NCBI GenBank assembly: GCA_963667175.2
Contig: CAXXXF010000004.1
Coordinates: 128,001-192,000 of the forward strand
From: Candidatus Latescibacterota bacterium
Lineage (GTDB): Bacteria > Latescibacterota > UBA2968 > GCA-2709665
Length of the DNA: 64,000 bases
Direction: 5' to 3'
In this document: positions 33,089 through 43,249 of the stretch, in pieces
Position numbering within the stretch: the first letter of the stretch is position 1
How the letters are laid out: the number at the start of each line of letters is the position of its first letter
Translations under genes and position numbers: made by a program
Notes under the pieces: generated by a model
Seen by the model: the letters and a program-made list of their open reading frames with translations, nothing else
The model's database searches: none
Told to the model about the DNA's origin: nothing

Positions 33089-34372
33089 ATGCAGACCGAT
33101 TTCGCGTTCGAGATGGGAACGTCGAATCTGCGATTCGGGCCCGGCGCCACCCGGGAAGTGGGTATGGACCTGTCCGAACTTGGAATCAGGCGGGCGATGC
33201 TGCTGACGGACCCCAACCTGGTGGACCTGCCCCCGGTGCGGACGGCGGTGGACGCACTGAAGCGCGAGCGCGTCGACTATGCGCTCTACGATCGGGTCCG
33301 CGTCGAGCCGACGGACGTGTCATTTCAGCATGCGATCGACTTTGCATTGGACGGAAATTTCGATGCCTTTGTCGCGGTGGGCGGGGGCTCCTCGATCGAT
33401 ACGGCAAAGGCCGCGAATCTGTATTCCACCTATCCCGACGATTTCTACGCGTACGTAAACGCGCCCATTGGAAGCGGCAAGCCGGTCCCCGGGGAGCTCA
33501 AGCCGCTGATCGCGATTCCGACGACCGCGGGAACGGGCAGCGAGACCACGGGAGTCACGATATTCGACGTCTCCGAAAAACACGTCAAAACCGGTATCGC
33601 GCACCGCCGTTTGAAGCCGACGCTGGGCATCGTGGATCCGGAGAACACGCGTACGATGCCGCCGGTTGTTGCGGCGTCCACGGGCCTGGACGTGCTGTGC
33701 CACGCACTCGAGTCGTATACGGCGATTCCGTACGATCAGCGACCGCTTCCCGAACGGCCGATTCTGCGGCCCGCGTACCAGGGCACAAATCCCATCAGCG
33801 ACATGTGGGCGGTCAGGGCCATCGAACTGGTCGCGGAAAACATCGTGCGGGCCGTGGCGGATCCGGACGACGACGAGGCGCGGTCGAATATGATTCTTGC
33901 GTCGAGTATGGCGGGGATGGGGTTCGGAAACGCGGGCGTTCATCTGCCCCACGGGATGTCCTATCCCGTGTCCGGGATGGTGAGAAACTACAAGCCCGAG
34001 GGCATGGTGAGCGATCATCCCATCGTGCCTCACGGGATGTCGGTCTTCCTGAACGCCCCGGCGGCTTTTCGGTTTACCGGACCGGCCTGCCCCGACCGCC
34101 ATCTGAAAGCTGCGGAATTGCTGGGCGGCGACGTATCCTCGGTCACGAATCCCGAGACCGAGGCAGGCGAGCTTCTGGCAGACCGCATTGTCGCGCTGAT
34201 GAAGCGCCTTGAAATGCCGAATGGACTTTCGGCGATCGGTTTTACGGAAGCGGACGTGCCGGCGCTGGTCGAGGGTACGCTTCCACAGCACCGCGTGACG
34301 AAGCTGTCGCCGAGGCCCGCTGGCAGAGAGGACCTGGCGGCGCTGTTCTCGGACTCTCTGACGGAGTGGTAG
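33089..34372 (+). CDS. Hydroxyacid-oxoacid transhydrogenase (Fe-containing ADH family)
   Basis: GGGSSIDTAK, PTTAGTGSETT, DVLCHALESYTA, GVHLPHGMSYP. Confidence 0.88.
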   Translation: MQTDFAFEMGTSNLRFGPGATREVGMDLSELGIRRAMLLTDPNLVDLPPVRTAVDALKRERVDYALYDRVRVEPTDVSFQHAIDFALDGNFDAFVAVGGGSSIDTAKAANLYSTYPDDFYAYVNAPIGSGKPVPGELKPLIAIPTTAGTGSETTGVTIFDVSEKHVKTGIAHRRLKPTLGIVDPENTRTMPPVVAASTGLDVLCHALESYTAIPYDQRPLPERPILRPAYQGTNPISDMWAVRAIELVAENIVRAVADPDDDEARSNMILASSMAGMGFGNAGVHLPHGMSYPVSGMVRNYKPEGMVSDHPIVPHGMSVFLNAPAAFRFTGPACPDRHLKAAELLGGDVSSVTNPETEAGELLADRIVALMKRLEMPNGLSAIGFTEADVPALVEGTLPQHRVTKLSPRPAGREDLAALFSDSLTEW

Positions 34373-34388
34373 CACACAAGGAACTCCA

Positions 34389-35453
34389 ATGCCTACAACG
34401 GGATCACGAAGGTCGCAGGACGGTACCATTGAGCGGCCGGCCACATCTGCCGCCGATCATCTGCCACCGTTCCCCGAAGGATGGTACCTGGTCACAACCC
34501 GGCAGACCCTCCTTCGAGAGAAACTGATCGAGAAAACCTGGATGGGCGAGGAAATCGTCGCATGGTGCGACGAGGAAGGACGGATTTGCGTGGCCGACTC
34601 CATCTGCCCGCACCTGGGCTCTTCCCTGGGACCGGAGGTCGGCGGCAAGGTACGCGGGGGACGCCTTGTCTGTCCGTTTCACGGCTTCGAATTCGATACC
34701 ACCGGTCAATGCATTGCGACGCCGTACGCTCCGGCCGCAAAGGCCGCCAGACTGCAGATCTACGAAACCAGAGAAATCTTCGGCATGGTCTTCGCCTGGT
34801 TCGGGAGCGGCGGCCGCCCTTCGCACTGGGATCTTCCGGATGAACCGTCCGCCGGCGCCGAGTGGAGTGAATTGGGATTCCGTCGACTCCGCTTTCGCGG
34901 CCATCCCCAGGAAACGGCTGAGAACTCCGTCGACGTGGGACACCTGCGCTACGTTCACGGATACGACAACGTAAATCCGGTTGGTTCGGTAACGGTGGAC
35001 GGCGCCTACCTCAGGAGTCGTTTCGACTTCAGAAGCGTTCGCAGAGTCCTGGGTGTAAGGGTCTTCGAGTACGAAGTCTCGGCTGTCGCCCACATCCACG
35101 GACTGGGCTACTCTTTCGTCGAGATCCACGAGAAAACCATCGATATGCTCGCGAGATTGTGGGTCCTTCCGACACCGGTTGACGGCGACGTCATCGATCT
35201 CGTTCTGGCCGCCCAGCTGAGGGAATTACGTAAACCCCGACGGTTCGTCTCGGGCCTTAGGTTCCTGCCCTTGACGTTGCGGAACAAACTGATGAACCAC
35301 GTTCTTCTGTCACAGCAGAAACAGGACGTGCTGCAGGACGTGGCGATCTGGGAAAAGAAACGGCACCGGTCGCCCCCCAGGCTGTGCCGTTCCGACGGCC
35401 CCATCGGCGCCTACCGCCGCTACTGCCGGCAGTTTTATCCCGGCGGTTGTTAG
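34389..35453 (+). CDS. Rieske non-heme iron oxygenase, Neverland/DAF-36 or KshA-like
   Basis: CPHLG...CPFHG; ENSVDVGHLRYVH; C-terminal DVAIWEKK...DGPIGAYRRYCRQFY. Confidence 0.85.
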   Translation: MPTTGSRRSQDGTIERPATSAADHLPPFPEGWYLVTTRQTLLREKLIEKTWMGEEIVAWCDEEGRICVADSICPHLGSSLGPEVGGKVRGGRLVCPFHGFEFDTTGQCIATPYAPAAKAARLQIYETREIFGMVFAWFGSGGRPSHWDLPDEPSAGAEWSELGFRRLRFRGHPQETAENSVDVGHLRYVHGYDNVNPVGSVTVDGAYLRSRFDFRSVRRVLGVRVFEYEVSAVAHIHGLGYSFVEIHEKTIDMLARLWVLPTPVDGDVIDLVLAAQLRELRKPRRFVSGLRFLPLTLRNKLMNHVLLSQQKQDVLQDVAIWEKKRHRSPPRLCRSDGPIGAYRRYCRQFYPGGC

Positions 35454-35664
35454 CTATTAGCGGTTAGCTTTCAGCCAGAGGCAGAAACGTTAAAGACACC
35501 GACCCACCCACCGCAGCGCAAACTGTCATTTGGTGCGAAGAACTGTTTCTTCTGCTGCTCAGCGAAGCATCGGTAAAATTTCATGGCTCTTCATTTGTCA
35601 ACGTTCATCCCGTACCCGCGATTCTTCGCATGAATCCCGGCATTTCAACGGTTTTCCGTCGCCT

Positions 35665-37029
35665 TCAGCCCCTCGCCTTCCTGAATCCCCAGCCATACAT
35701 GATACCCCCGTAGTAGTTGAACCACCGTTTTGCCTCTGAATCGTCGAAGGGGTAATCCGCTCCGATCTGTATTGCAGTCGCGAGCCCGCTCACAAAGCAC
35801 GTCTCCTGGCTGTTGACCAGCGTATGGGCGCCGCAGTGCCAGGTCCGTTTCCTGCCCTGGATGAAGCGGAACAACGGAACGATCCATGCAACGTGGCGCA
35901 CATCGTGGACAATGTGCTGAAACCACCACCTGCCGATGATCTCTCGTTCATCAATCCGGCTGATCGGGTTGTAGGTCACCAGACAGGGCCTGTCGGACCG
36001 GTTCGCCCACGGTTGCTGGTTGTGCATGATATACGTGATTTCATAGTTGTCCGGTCTGGCGCCGTATTGTTCGATGTGATTGCTCCGCGTTGTGAGGGGT
36101 TTCACCTCGTTATCCGGAAGGACTGTGGCATCGGAGTGGACGATCGTATGGTTGTGGAGTTCGCTCTCGTATCGTATTGAGGAAAGAATATAGCGCTCCA
36201 GCATCGAGGGTCTGTTGAGCATCATCAGTGTCTGGTTCGCATTGCATGCGAAAATCACGTCGTCAAACGTCTCCTTAACACCGTTCTCGTCCTCGACCAC
36301 AACCTGGGACGACCCGCGGAACACCTTCCGGACAGGACGGTTAACGTGAATCCTGTCCCGGAAGCCGGCGGCCAGGTTCTCGTAGATGCGTCGCGTTCCC
36401 TGATCCCACGTCTGCATGGGCGTGGCGGTCTCGATATTGAAGAAATCGAGATATCTCGAGAAGAGCGCCGCAGGCATATCGAACACATTGGTCGCCATCA
36501 GGAAGTTGACGAACATGGGCTTCAGTACCTTATACCTGAAGTCCCCGGAAAACCCGGCAAAGTTCAGGACCGTCTCCATGCTGACGTAATTGAACGGATT
36601 GAGGGCATTCAGGAACGTTGACCGGGAGCGAGTCAGCCTGCCAAACCCATGCAGTCGCGTCAGAAGCCGCTGGAACTTTGCAATCTCGAATTGCAGTTCG
36701 TCTCTGATGTCGGAGTCGAAATCGTGCGCATAGGTGCCGCCGCGGTACTTCACGCTGTAATTGAATCTGGTATCGATCAGATCGATGCCGAACGACTCCA
36801 TCAGCAGCAGGATGTGCCGATATACCGATGGAATACAGGCAGTGACGGAAATGTCGAAGGGAATGGCGGCGCCGTCATCCTGCGGCATATCGACAGTGAT
36901 CGCATTCCCGCCGATCCGGTCCTCAGCCTCGAAAAGCCGGAAATCGAACCGGTCCGGGTGGTGATGCAGCGCCCACGCGGCCCCCAGACCCGATATGCCT
37001 CCGCCGACGATGGCGATGCGCCGTGGCAT
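35665..37029 (-). CDS. FAD-dependent oxidoreductase (COG2907-like)
   Basis: IVGGGISG, FEAEDRIGGNA, IQGRKRTWHCGA. Confidence 0.8.
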   Translation of the reverse strand: MPRRIAIVGGGISGLGAAWALHHHPDRFDFRLFEAEDRIGGNAITVDMPQDDGAAIPFDISVTACIPSVYRHILLLMESFGIDLIDTRFNYSVKYRGGTYAHDFDSDIRDELQFEIAKFQRLLTRLHGFGRLTRSRSTFLNALNPFNYVSMETVLNFAGFSGDFRYKVLKPMFVNFLMATNVFDMPAALFSRYLDFFNIETATPMQTWDQGTRRIYENLAAGFRDRIHVNRPVRKVFRGSSQVVVEDENGVKETFDDVIFACNANQTLMMLNRPSMLERYILSSIRYESELHNHTIVHSDATVLPDNEVKPLTTRSNHIEQYGARPDNYEITYIMHNQQPWANRSDRPCLVTYNPISRIDEREIIGRWWFQHIVHDVRHVAWIVPLFRFIQGRKRTWHCGAHTLVNSQETCFVSGLATAIQIGADYPFDDSEAKRWFNYYGGIMYGWGFRKARG

Positions 37030-37094
37030 TGTCCTTTCTCCCTCAGGCGGGCAGGTCAGTGTCGAAGGTGAAGTGGGCGGGGAAGGAGGTTTTC

Positions 37095-37545
37095 GCCGCT
37101 ACCAAGCCGGCGACGGCGCAGTTCAAATGCCAGCCGGGCACACATTGTCGAAATAGCCGGTCGCCTCGTTGAGAAGCATCAGGATGAGCTCGTCGACGAG
37201 GCAGCAGGCTCCCCTCGGGGAAGCGCTTTCCGCCCGGGCGTCAATCTCTCTGCCGTGTCAGTCATCAGCCTTCTCCTCCCTGCGTTTGGACCGGGGACGC
37301 GCCGGGCCCGGAATGGCCGCGTGAAGCCCTCGGACGCAAGTGGACGGCGAAGAGAGCGGGAACGACCATCATCGGTACGGTGGTGACAAAGAGAATGCCG
37401 CAACCGAGCGATGCGGCAAAGGTAATCAGGGACTGGGCCTGAATGGCGTCGTTCGAGGATGAGGAGCGTGAAGCCGAGGAAGGTGGTCACGGAAGTGAGC
37501 ATGATCGAACGAAAACGCCCCTTGGCGTCCTCGATGATCGCAGAG
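37095..37545 (-). pseudogene. Relic: RND permease C-terminal fragment followed by GPP34 N-terminal fragment
   Basis: 37380-37545 resembles 44720-44875; 37095-37205 resembles 40555-40655 (DELILMLLNE..GYF). Confidence 0.75.
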
Positions 37546-37588
37546 TTCCCCGGGGATGAGGTTCCCGCGCGAATTCGCGTCAGGCGGA

Positions 37589-38629
37589 CTAAAGAGGCTT
37601 ACGAGCCAGGAAACAGTACAGGGGCGTAAAGATACCCGCCTTGCCGCCCGAGATATAAGCCTCCGCAGTCCGGTCCAGGAGTCGGACGACTTCCGCAGAG
37701 CCCTTCGGAAAAAGCCGCAGTACTTCAGCCAGCTTCGATCCTGCGATGACCGCTTTGCGGCCCCACGGAAGCCTGCGCATGGCGTTCCCCAACGTCCCAT
37801 GGCGACTCTCCATGGGTTGATACCAAGGTATGGAGGGTCCAGGTCCTTCCTGAACGTCCCTGTCCATCGCTTCCATCACGTGGAATCCCGCGGCTTCGAG
37901 CGCGTGGTTGACTTCTCCGAAGGTCGCGACGTCCTTCAGCGCAATGCCGCGCATGAAATCCCGCTTGATGACCCGGTGCCGGTCGTCCTTCGGATTGAAC
38001 TGGTCCGTCAGACACATTTCCTGACCCCAGAACAGGGCCCCGGGTTTTAGCACGCGGTATACCTCCTCGAAGGCTCGTTGCTTGTCCGGCGCATGGCACG
38101 TTGACTCGATGGCATAACCCCGATCGAAGGTGTCGTCCTCGATTGTGCTCATGTCCATGAAGCTGCACGTCTCGAAATCGACCATGTGTTCGAGCCCCGA
38201 CTCGGCGATCAACCTCTTCGCCTTTTTCAACTGAATCTCACTGATGTTGATTCCCACGACCTTGACACCAGCCTCACGGACAACGCGGAGCATGGGGGCG
38301 CCGACTCCACAACCAACGTCGACCACCGTCATACCCTGTTGCAGGTCCAACTTGGAGATCATCACCCGCTGATGCCGGACGATGGACTCCTCCAGACTCT
38401 GATGAGGCGTAAGGGGCGCGAAGTGCAGGGACTCGGCCCAGCCCCACACCATTAACCCGCTGCAAAGGTCGTAATAGTTTTTCACTGTTTCAGTGTGATC
38501 GTACCCGGCCGCGCCAGCGGGTTCCGGCGCCGACCGCTCGAGCCAGCCGTCGAAGTGTCGCACTCGATGCGCGACGCTCGATCCCCGGAACGCTTCTCTC
38601 AGATCTCTCGACAGTTTGCCCAGGCGCAT
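37589..38629 (-). CDS. Sterol C-24 methyltransferase-like (ERG6/SMT family)
   Basis: YYD..., WGWAESLHFA, VDVGCGVGAP, YAIESTCHAP, EVYRVLKPG, IFTPLYCFLARKP match SMT regions I-IV and C-terminus. Confidence 0.88.
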   Translation of the reverse strand: MRLGKLSRDLREAFRGSSVAHRVRHFDGWLERSAPEPAGAAGYDHTETVKNYYDLCSGLMVWGWAESLHFAPLTPHQSLEESIVRHQRVMISKLDLQQGMTVVDVGCGVGAPMLRVVREAGVKVVGINISEIQLKKAKRLIAESGLEHMVDFETCSFMDMSTIEDDTFDRGYAIESTCHAPDKQRAFEEVYRVLKPGALFWGQEMCLTDQFNPKDDRHRVIKRDFMRGIALKDVATFGEVNHALEAAGFHVMEAMDRDVQEGPGPSIPWYQPMESRHGTLGNAMRRLPWGRKAVIAGSKLAEVLRLFPKGSAEVVRLLDRTAEAYISGGKAGIFTPLYCFLARKPL

Positions 38630-38666
38630 TTGGTGGTTCCCAATGGCTCCACAAAGAGTTATCTCG

Positions 38667-40694
38667 TCATATGGACAGTTCCCGTCTCTGCTCGGCGATG
38701 CGGAACTTCAGCTTCTTGCTCGGTTTCAGCGACGGAAACGGACTGAAACGGAGCTTGTACTTCGCCGGCGACACCTCAATCGTAAAGTAGTGCGCCAGCA
38801 TCAGCAAATTGGCCGCCAGGTGCAACTCCATCCACCGGGCGCCGAGACACGTGTGCGTGCCCAGCCCGTACGGGGCGTACCCGGGACTGCGATGCTCATG
38901 GCGCGGGGCCAGGTAGCGGTCAATGTCGAACTTGCAGGGGTCGGGAAAGACTTCGCTCATGTAATGTGTGGCGGTCATGGCGACGTGGATCCGCGCCCCC
39001 ACGGGCAGCTCGTAGTCCTCGACCACGCAAGTATTCATCACGTTCCGCATGGACATGGAGACGATTGGGTACATGCGCAGACACTCCATGAGGAAGCGGT
39101 GCGTCACGTCGATGTTGGCTGGGGTGAAATCCTCTCTCTCGGGGTCGCCCTTCGCGAACAGGGCATCTGCTTCGGCCCGGATTCTGGCGTAGAGGTCGGG
39201 CTGCGACGCCATGGCATAGACTACGAGGCTGAACGTATCGCCTAGGTACACGCTGGCAATCAAGGCCGCGGAAAAGGCGAAGAGCAGGTTGGACTCCGGA
39301 AGAAACTGCGGGTCCCTCGCGTGCAGGCTGAGGTAATCGTCCACGAGGTCCCGCGGGCTGTCCGCCCGTTGGGCGGGGGTATGGATACCCTGGATCCGCT
39401 GCATCAATGTGTCCAGGGCTTTCGCCCGGCGTCTCATGCCCGGGGTGTTCAGCGCGAATCGGGGCAGGAGCTTGGCGATGTGCACGCTGAGGGCACGTTC
39501 CTTGTAGGCCATCAGGTCGCCCATGAGGTCCTGGGTATCGACGCTGAGGAACAGTGGCGAGAGCTGGGCGTTCACCATCTCCCGGCACATGGACGTGGCG
39601 CGGTAGGAGTCCCCAACCGTCAAGCTGGCCATGTACTCACGTCCATGATTGTAGAGCTGGTCCAGCTGCCCTCCCAGCCTCCCGGCGGAAAAGGCCGGCG
39701 ACAAGAACTTGCGAAGCCGGAAATGATCGGCGCCGTCCAGGGCGGGCAGGACGCCGGACGCGCCGTAGACCTTCTCGAAGTCGCTGAAGTAGTCCCTGAC
39801 TCTCAGGTACATTCGCCCGCGCTTGTGCACCCAGCGGTTTGTCTCGAGTCCGGCCAAGAAGATCATGGGCTCCGAAAAGGGAGGACGGATCTGGAACACC
39901 GGACCGTACTCCTCCGCCAGGCTCCCGAAGAGGGCGTTCAGATTGCCGTCTCGAACGTGCGGGTTCATCAGCAGTTTGGGTAGCGAAACCGTCGGAATCT
40001 TCCTGGTAAGGGGTGGACGTTGAAGGGCCGGGCCGGTGAGGTTCTGAGAGACCGCAGCGGCCAGGGAGCGGCCGATCGGAGTCAAATTGCAGATGAATTC
40101 GATGCGCTCCTCCGCCTCGTCGTCGAGTTGGTAGATGAGTCGAAAGACATCGCACGTATTGACGAGACCGATGACGAGGACGTCCCGCGGATGGGGGATC
40201 TCATTCTCGAAGATCGCGCGGCTGATCCGCGATTTTATGAACTCACCGGGTGTGGCTTCCTCGGAACTGCCCACCACTCTCGTCCAGGCGCCGCCGCGAG
40301 CCAGCGTCCAGAACTCGCCGTCGTGGTACTCCAGAATCTTCAGGTCGACCAGGTGGTCCAGGGTCCAGTCGATGACGGACTCCGCGCGGGAGGCGAGACG
40401 TTCTACCCAGTACTGAGCGTTGTGTTGAACCGGCTCCTCCGCGATTTCCTTCAGGCTGGTGTCGAGGATGGAGTTGCCCGTTTCCGTCGGATCCACGAGG
40501 AAGAGCGACTCTATGTCCGTGTCGATCCGCGACAGGAGGGAGAGTTCCGCCAGTACGGCGCCGGCTACGGCACAGTTCAGATGCCAGCCGGGTACCTGAT
40601 GAAAATACCCGTTCTCCTCGTTGAGGAGCATCAGGATGAGCTCATCGTGCAAACACAGCGTCTCGGTCGCCCGATCCTCGTTCTTGACAGCCAT
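38667..40694 (-). CDS. GPP34 (GOLPH3-like) domain fused to cytochrome P450
   Basis: N-terminal LHDELILMLL...AGAVLAELSLLSRI; P450 ECLR, FDIDRY, YGLGTHTCLG. Confidence 0.82.
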   Translation of the reverse strand: MAVKNEDRATETLCLHDELILMLLNEENGYFHQVPGWHLNCAVAGAVLAELSLLSRIDTDIESLFLVDPTETGNSILDTSLKEIAEEPVQHNAQYWVERLASRAESVIDWTLDHLVDLKILEYHDGEFWTLARGGAWTRVVGSSEEATPGEFIKSRISRAIFENEIPHPRDVLVIGLVNTCDVFRLIYQLDDEAEERIEFICNLTPIGRSLAAAVSQNLTGPALQRPPLTRKIPTVSLPKLLMNPHVRDGNLNALFGSLAEEYGPVFQIRPPFSEPMIFLAGLETNRWVHKRGRMYLRVRDYFSDFEKVYGASGVLPALDGADHFRLRKFLSPAFSAGRLGGQLDQLYNHGREYMASLTVGDSYRATSMCREMVNAQLSPLFLSVDTQDLMGDLMAYKERALSVHIAKLLPRFALNTPGMRRRAKALDTLMQRIQGIHTPAQRADSPRDLVDDYLSLHARDPQFLPESNLLFAFSAALIASVYLGDTFSLVVYAMASQPDLYARIRAEADALFAKGDPEREDFTPANIDVTHRFLMECLRMYPIVSMSMRNVMNTCVVEDYELPVGARIHVAMTATHYMSEVFPDPCKFDIDRYLAPRHEHRSPGYAPYGLGTHTCLGARWMELHLAANLLMLAHYFTIEVSPAKYKLRFSPFPSLKPSKKLKFRIAEQRRELSI

Positions 40695-40889
40695 CGGCCT
40701 TCGCCTCCCGTCAAAATCTCGGTCCCGCAAAGCCATTTACCGTTGATGCGCCTCTAACAAATATAACGATCATCGTTGATGGGGCAAGTCTTAATCGTAA
40801 CAAAAACAATGTCAAAGGCGGGCAACCACAAGGGTTGTCCCTACAAATTGCGACACTTGCGCGGATTTCGCTCAATCCCGCACGGGAAC

Positions 40890-41202
40890 CAGATGCAGAC
40901 GGATGGCGTAGCGTGCGGGCACGACCATCAGCAGAATTGACGTGGCGATGACGATGCCGAAACCGAGCGACGCCGCGAAGGGGACGAGGAACTGCGCAGG
41001 ATGACGCCGACAACATCCTCATGCGCCTGCGTCGGCCTTCCTCGTCGCGCCAGGCGACGATGTCCTCCCCCAGCCAGGTCTTATCGATCAACTGCTTCCG
41101 GAGAAGGGAATCCCGGGTTGCGACGAAATACCGCCCCTCGGGGAATGCCGGCAGCTCATCCATTCGATTCAAGGCAGGCAGTTGGGAGCTCTTGGTTTGC
41201 AT
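40890..41202 (-). pseudogene. Relic: Rieske oxygenase N-terminus joined to RND permease C-terminus
   Basis: LPAFPEGRYFVATRDSLLRKQLIDKTWLGEDIVAWRDEEGR resembles the 34389 gene; QFLVPFAASLGFGIV resembles the end of the 44650 gene. Confidence 0.75.
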
Positions 41203-41348
41203 GTCGGAGATCCTGTCTCAAGCCCGCATATCCTGTCAGGGACATGCGAGTCCCTTTGTGAATACCCCAACGGCAAGTCCGGCGGAAATGACCATGAGAT
41301 TACCTATTCGATAGAGGGGTTGGAGAAGTCGAGACATGAGCATTATAT

Positions 41349-41672
41349 TCAATTCTTGTGGCGAATGGCCTTTAAGCCTGCCTTTGCAATCGCGAAACCT
41401 CCTCCTAATGCACCCGCTATAGGAGTTGGTATTCCCGCTAGAACACCCAGTGCAAATCCTTTGGCAAGTGCTGAACCAGTATCCTCTTCAGCCGTGGGTT
41501 TTTGCACGAGGAATACACCAATTCCCGTAAATGCAAAGGCGATTAAACAAATGAGCGGAGTTGCCAGGCCGAACGATATGGCGTTAGCTCCAAAAAACGC
41601 ACCATCTACGGCAATCAAAAGCACCCCACTAAGCCAGTGGATCTCGCGTCTATTGTCTCTACCGTCGTTCAT
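41349..41672 (-). CDS. Small hypothetical membrane protein
   Basis: AGGAGG RBS; hydrophobic Gly-rich helices; lower GC. Confidence 0.6.
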   Translation of the reverse strand: MNDGRDNRREIHWLSGVLLIAVDGAFFGANAISFGLATPLICLIAFAFTGIGVFLVQKPTAEEDTGSALAKGFALGVLAGIPTPIAGALGGGFAIAKAGLKAIRHKN

Positions 41673-41689
41673 AGTTCCTCCTGTGTGGT

Positions 41690-42087
41690 GTCATCTCGGT
41701 TCGAGACGATCGATGCGCCCTTCCTGGAAGTCCACTTCCAGCCAAGGGTCGGCCGTGTCGCGGCGGAACTGGTAGAGTTGGGCGAGCATCTGAGCGGCTA
41801 CCTCCTGCAAGTCGGGGTCGTCATTCCGATCGCCAGGAACTGGCGTGGCCAGCCTCTGGTCAGTCTGGCCACGGCGGTCAACCTGATCGGGCGGACGACC
41901 ACGAACCAGGGGCTTCGGGTGCGGGCGGAAATCGACAAGCGATCCTATCCCAAGGGCGTGGTCGTCAAGGACGAGCAAATGGAGCGGATCGATCTCTCGC
42001 CCCATGAGTTTCACGGGGACTGAAACTACACGATCCGCCCCGCATCGGCCCGCCGTAGTGAATCATCTGATTCGTGACAATGCCTTA
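41690..42087 (+). pseudogene. ISAzo13-family transposase C-terminal remnant
   Basis: NWRGQPLVS...IGRTTTNQGLRV...YPKGVVV...FHGD*NYTIRP. Confidence 0.8.
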
Positions 42088-42179
42088 CCCTGCCCCTTGG
42101 GTGTGTTCGGCGCCTTGACAAGAGGGCCAAAAGGCGCCTCATTGCAGACTATGTTCGTATAGCGGGCATCGCGGCTCTG

Positions 42180-43238
42180 ATGACCGTCACGGCGCGAACC
42201 GCACGGAGGAGAACCATGCGCCTGCCATTTCGGAGGTTGTCCGCCCTTCTCCGCGCCGGGACCACCCCGGCGCCGACGAGCATCCGGTTCCGGAACGACT
42301 GGAAATGGGAGGGACCGGCCGCGCCGCTGCTGATGGCGCTCGACCGCGGCTGGTACGCCGAGGCCGGCCTCGACGTCGCCGTGGACACCGGAATGGGCTC
42401 GCGGGAGGCGATCCCTCGGGTGGCCCACGGCGGCAACTGGCACCTGGGCTCCGCGGACATCAACTCGCTCATCAAGTTCCGGGACCGGAACCCCGACCTC
42501 CGCCCCACCGCCGTCATGATGGTCTACAACGAGCCGCCGTTCGCGATCATCGGCCGCAAGTCGCTGGGCGTGACCGCGCCGAAGGACCTGGAAGGCAAGA
42601 TTCTCGGCGCCGCGGCGTCGGACGGCGCCTTCGCGCAGTGGAACACGTTCGCGAGGGCGAACGGCATCGACGCCTCCAACGTGACCATCGAGATCATCGG
42701 CTACCCGGTGCGCGACGCCAGTCTCGCGGCGTGCGACATGCTCGCGGCCGGCAGGGTGGACGCCGTCGCCGGCTACTCGTTCTCGTCGCTCCTCTACCTG
42801 AAGGCGAGAGGCGTGAGCGACGAGGACATCTCGCTCATCCGCATGGTCGAGCACGGCCTGGACCTCTACGGCAACGTCATCATCGTCAATCCGGAGTTCG
42901 CGCAGGCCAACCCGGAGGCGGTGCGAGCGTTCGTGGCGGTCACGGTGCGCGGGTACCTGGAGACCGCGAAGGACCCGAAAGGCGCGGTCAAGCACGTGCT
43001 GAACCACAACGACACGGTGCGCGAGGAGGTGGAGCTGGAGCGGATCGAGATGGCGCTCATGCAGAACATCATCACCGACGAGGTGCGCGCGAACGGGTTC
43101 GGTGCGGTCGACATGGAGCGCCTGGAGCGATCGATCGACCAGATCGCGGAAACCTACGGGTTCACCAACCGGCCGGAGGCCGCCGACGTGTTCGACCCGC
43201 AGTATCTGCCGCCGAAGGCGGAACGAATGGCGCCTTGA
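42180..43238 (+). CDS. NMT1/THI5-like ABC substrate-binding protein, orphan, signal peptide unclear
   Basis: DWKWEGPAAP, GWYAEAGLDV, DLEGKILGA, DLYGN; no cognate permease nearby. Confidence 0.75.
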   Translation: MTVTARTARRRTMRLPFRRLSALLRAGTTPAPTSIRFRNDWKWEGPAAPLLMALDRGWYAEAGLDVAVDTGMGSREAIPRVAHGGNWHLGSADINSLIKFRDRNPDLRPTAVMMVYNEPPFAIIGRKSLGVTAPKDLEGKILGAAASDGAFAQWNTFARANGIDASNVTIEIIGYPVRDASLAACDMLAAGRVDAVAGYSFSSLLYLKARGVSDEDISLIRMVEHGLDLYGNVIIVNPEFAQANPEAVRAFVAVTVRGYLETAKDPKGAVKHVLNHNDTVREEVELERIEMALMQNIITDEVRANGFGAVDMERLERSIDQIAETYGFTNRPEAADVFDPQYLPPKAERMAP

Positions 43239-43249
43239 GGACATTAGCC

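Noticed and set aside
42305-43249. 700-aa ORF as an N-terminal extension of the MpaB-like gene
   Set aside because: It is a shadow frame of the GC-rich substrate-binding gene; the oxygenase has its own RBS and ATG at 43250.
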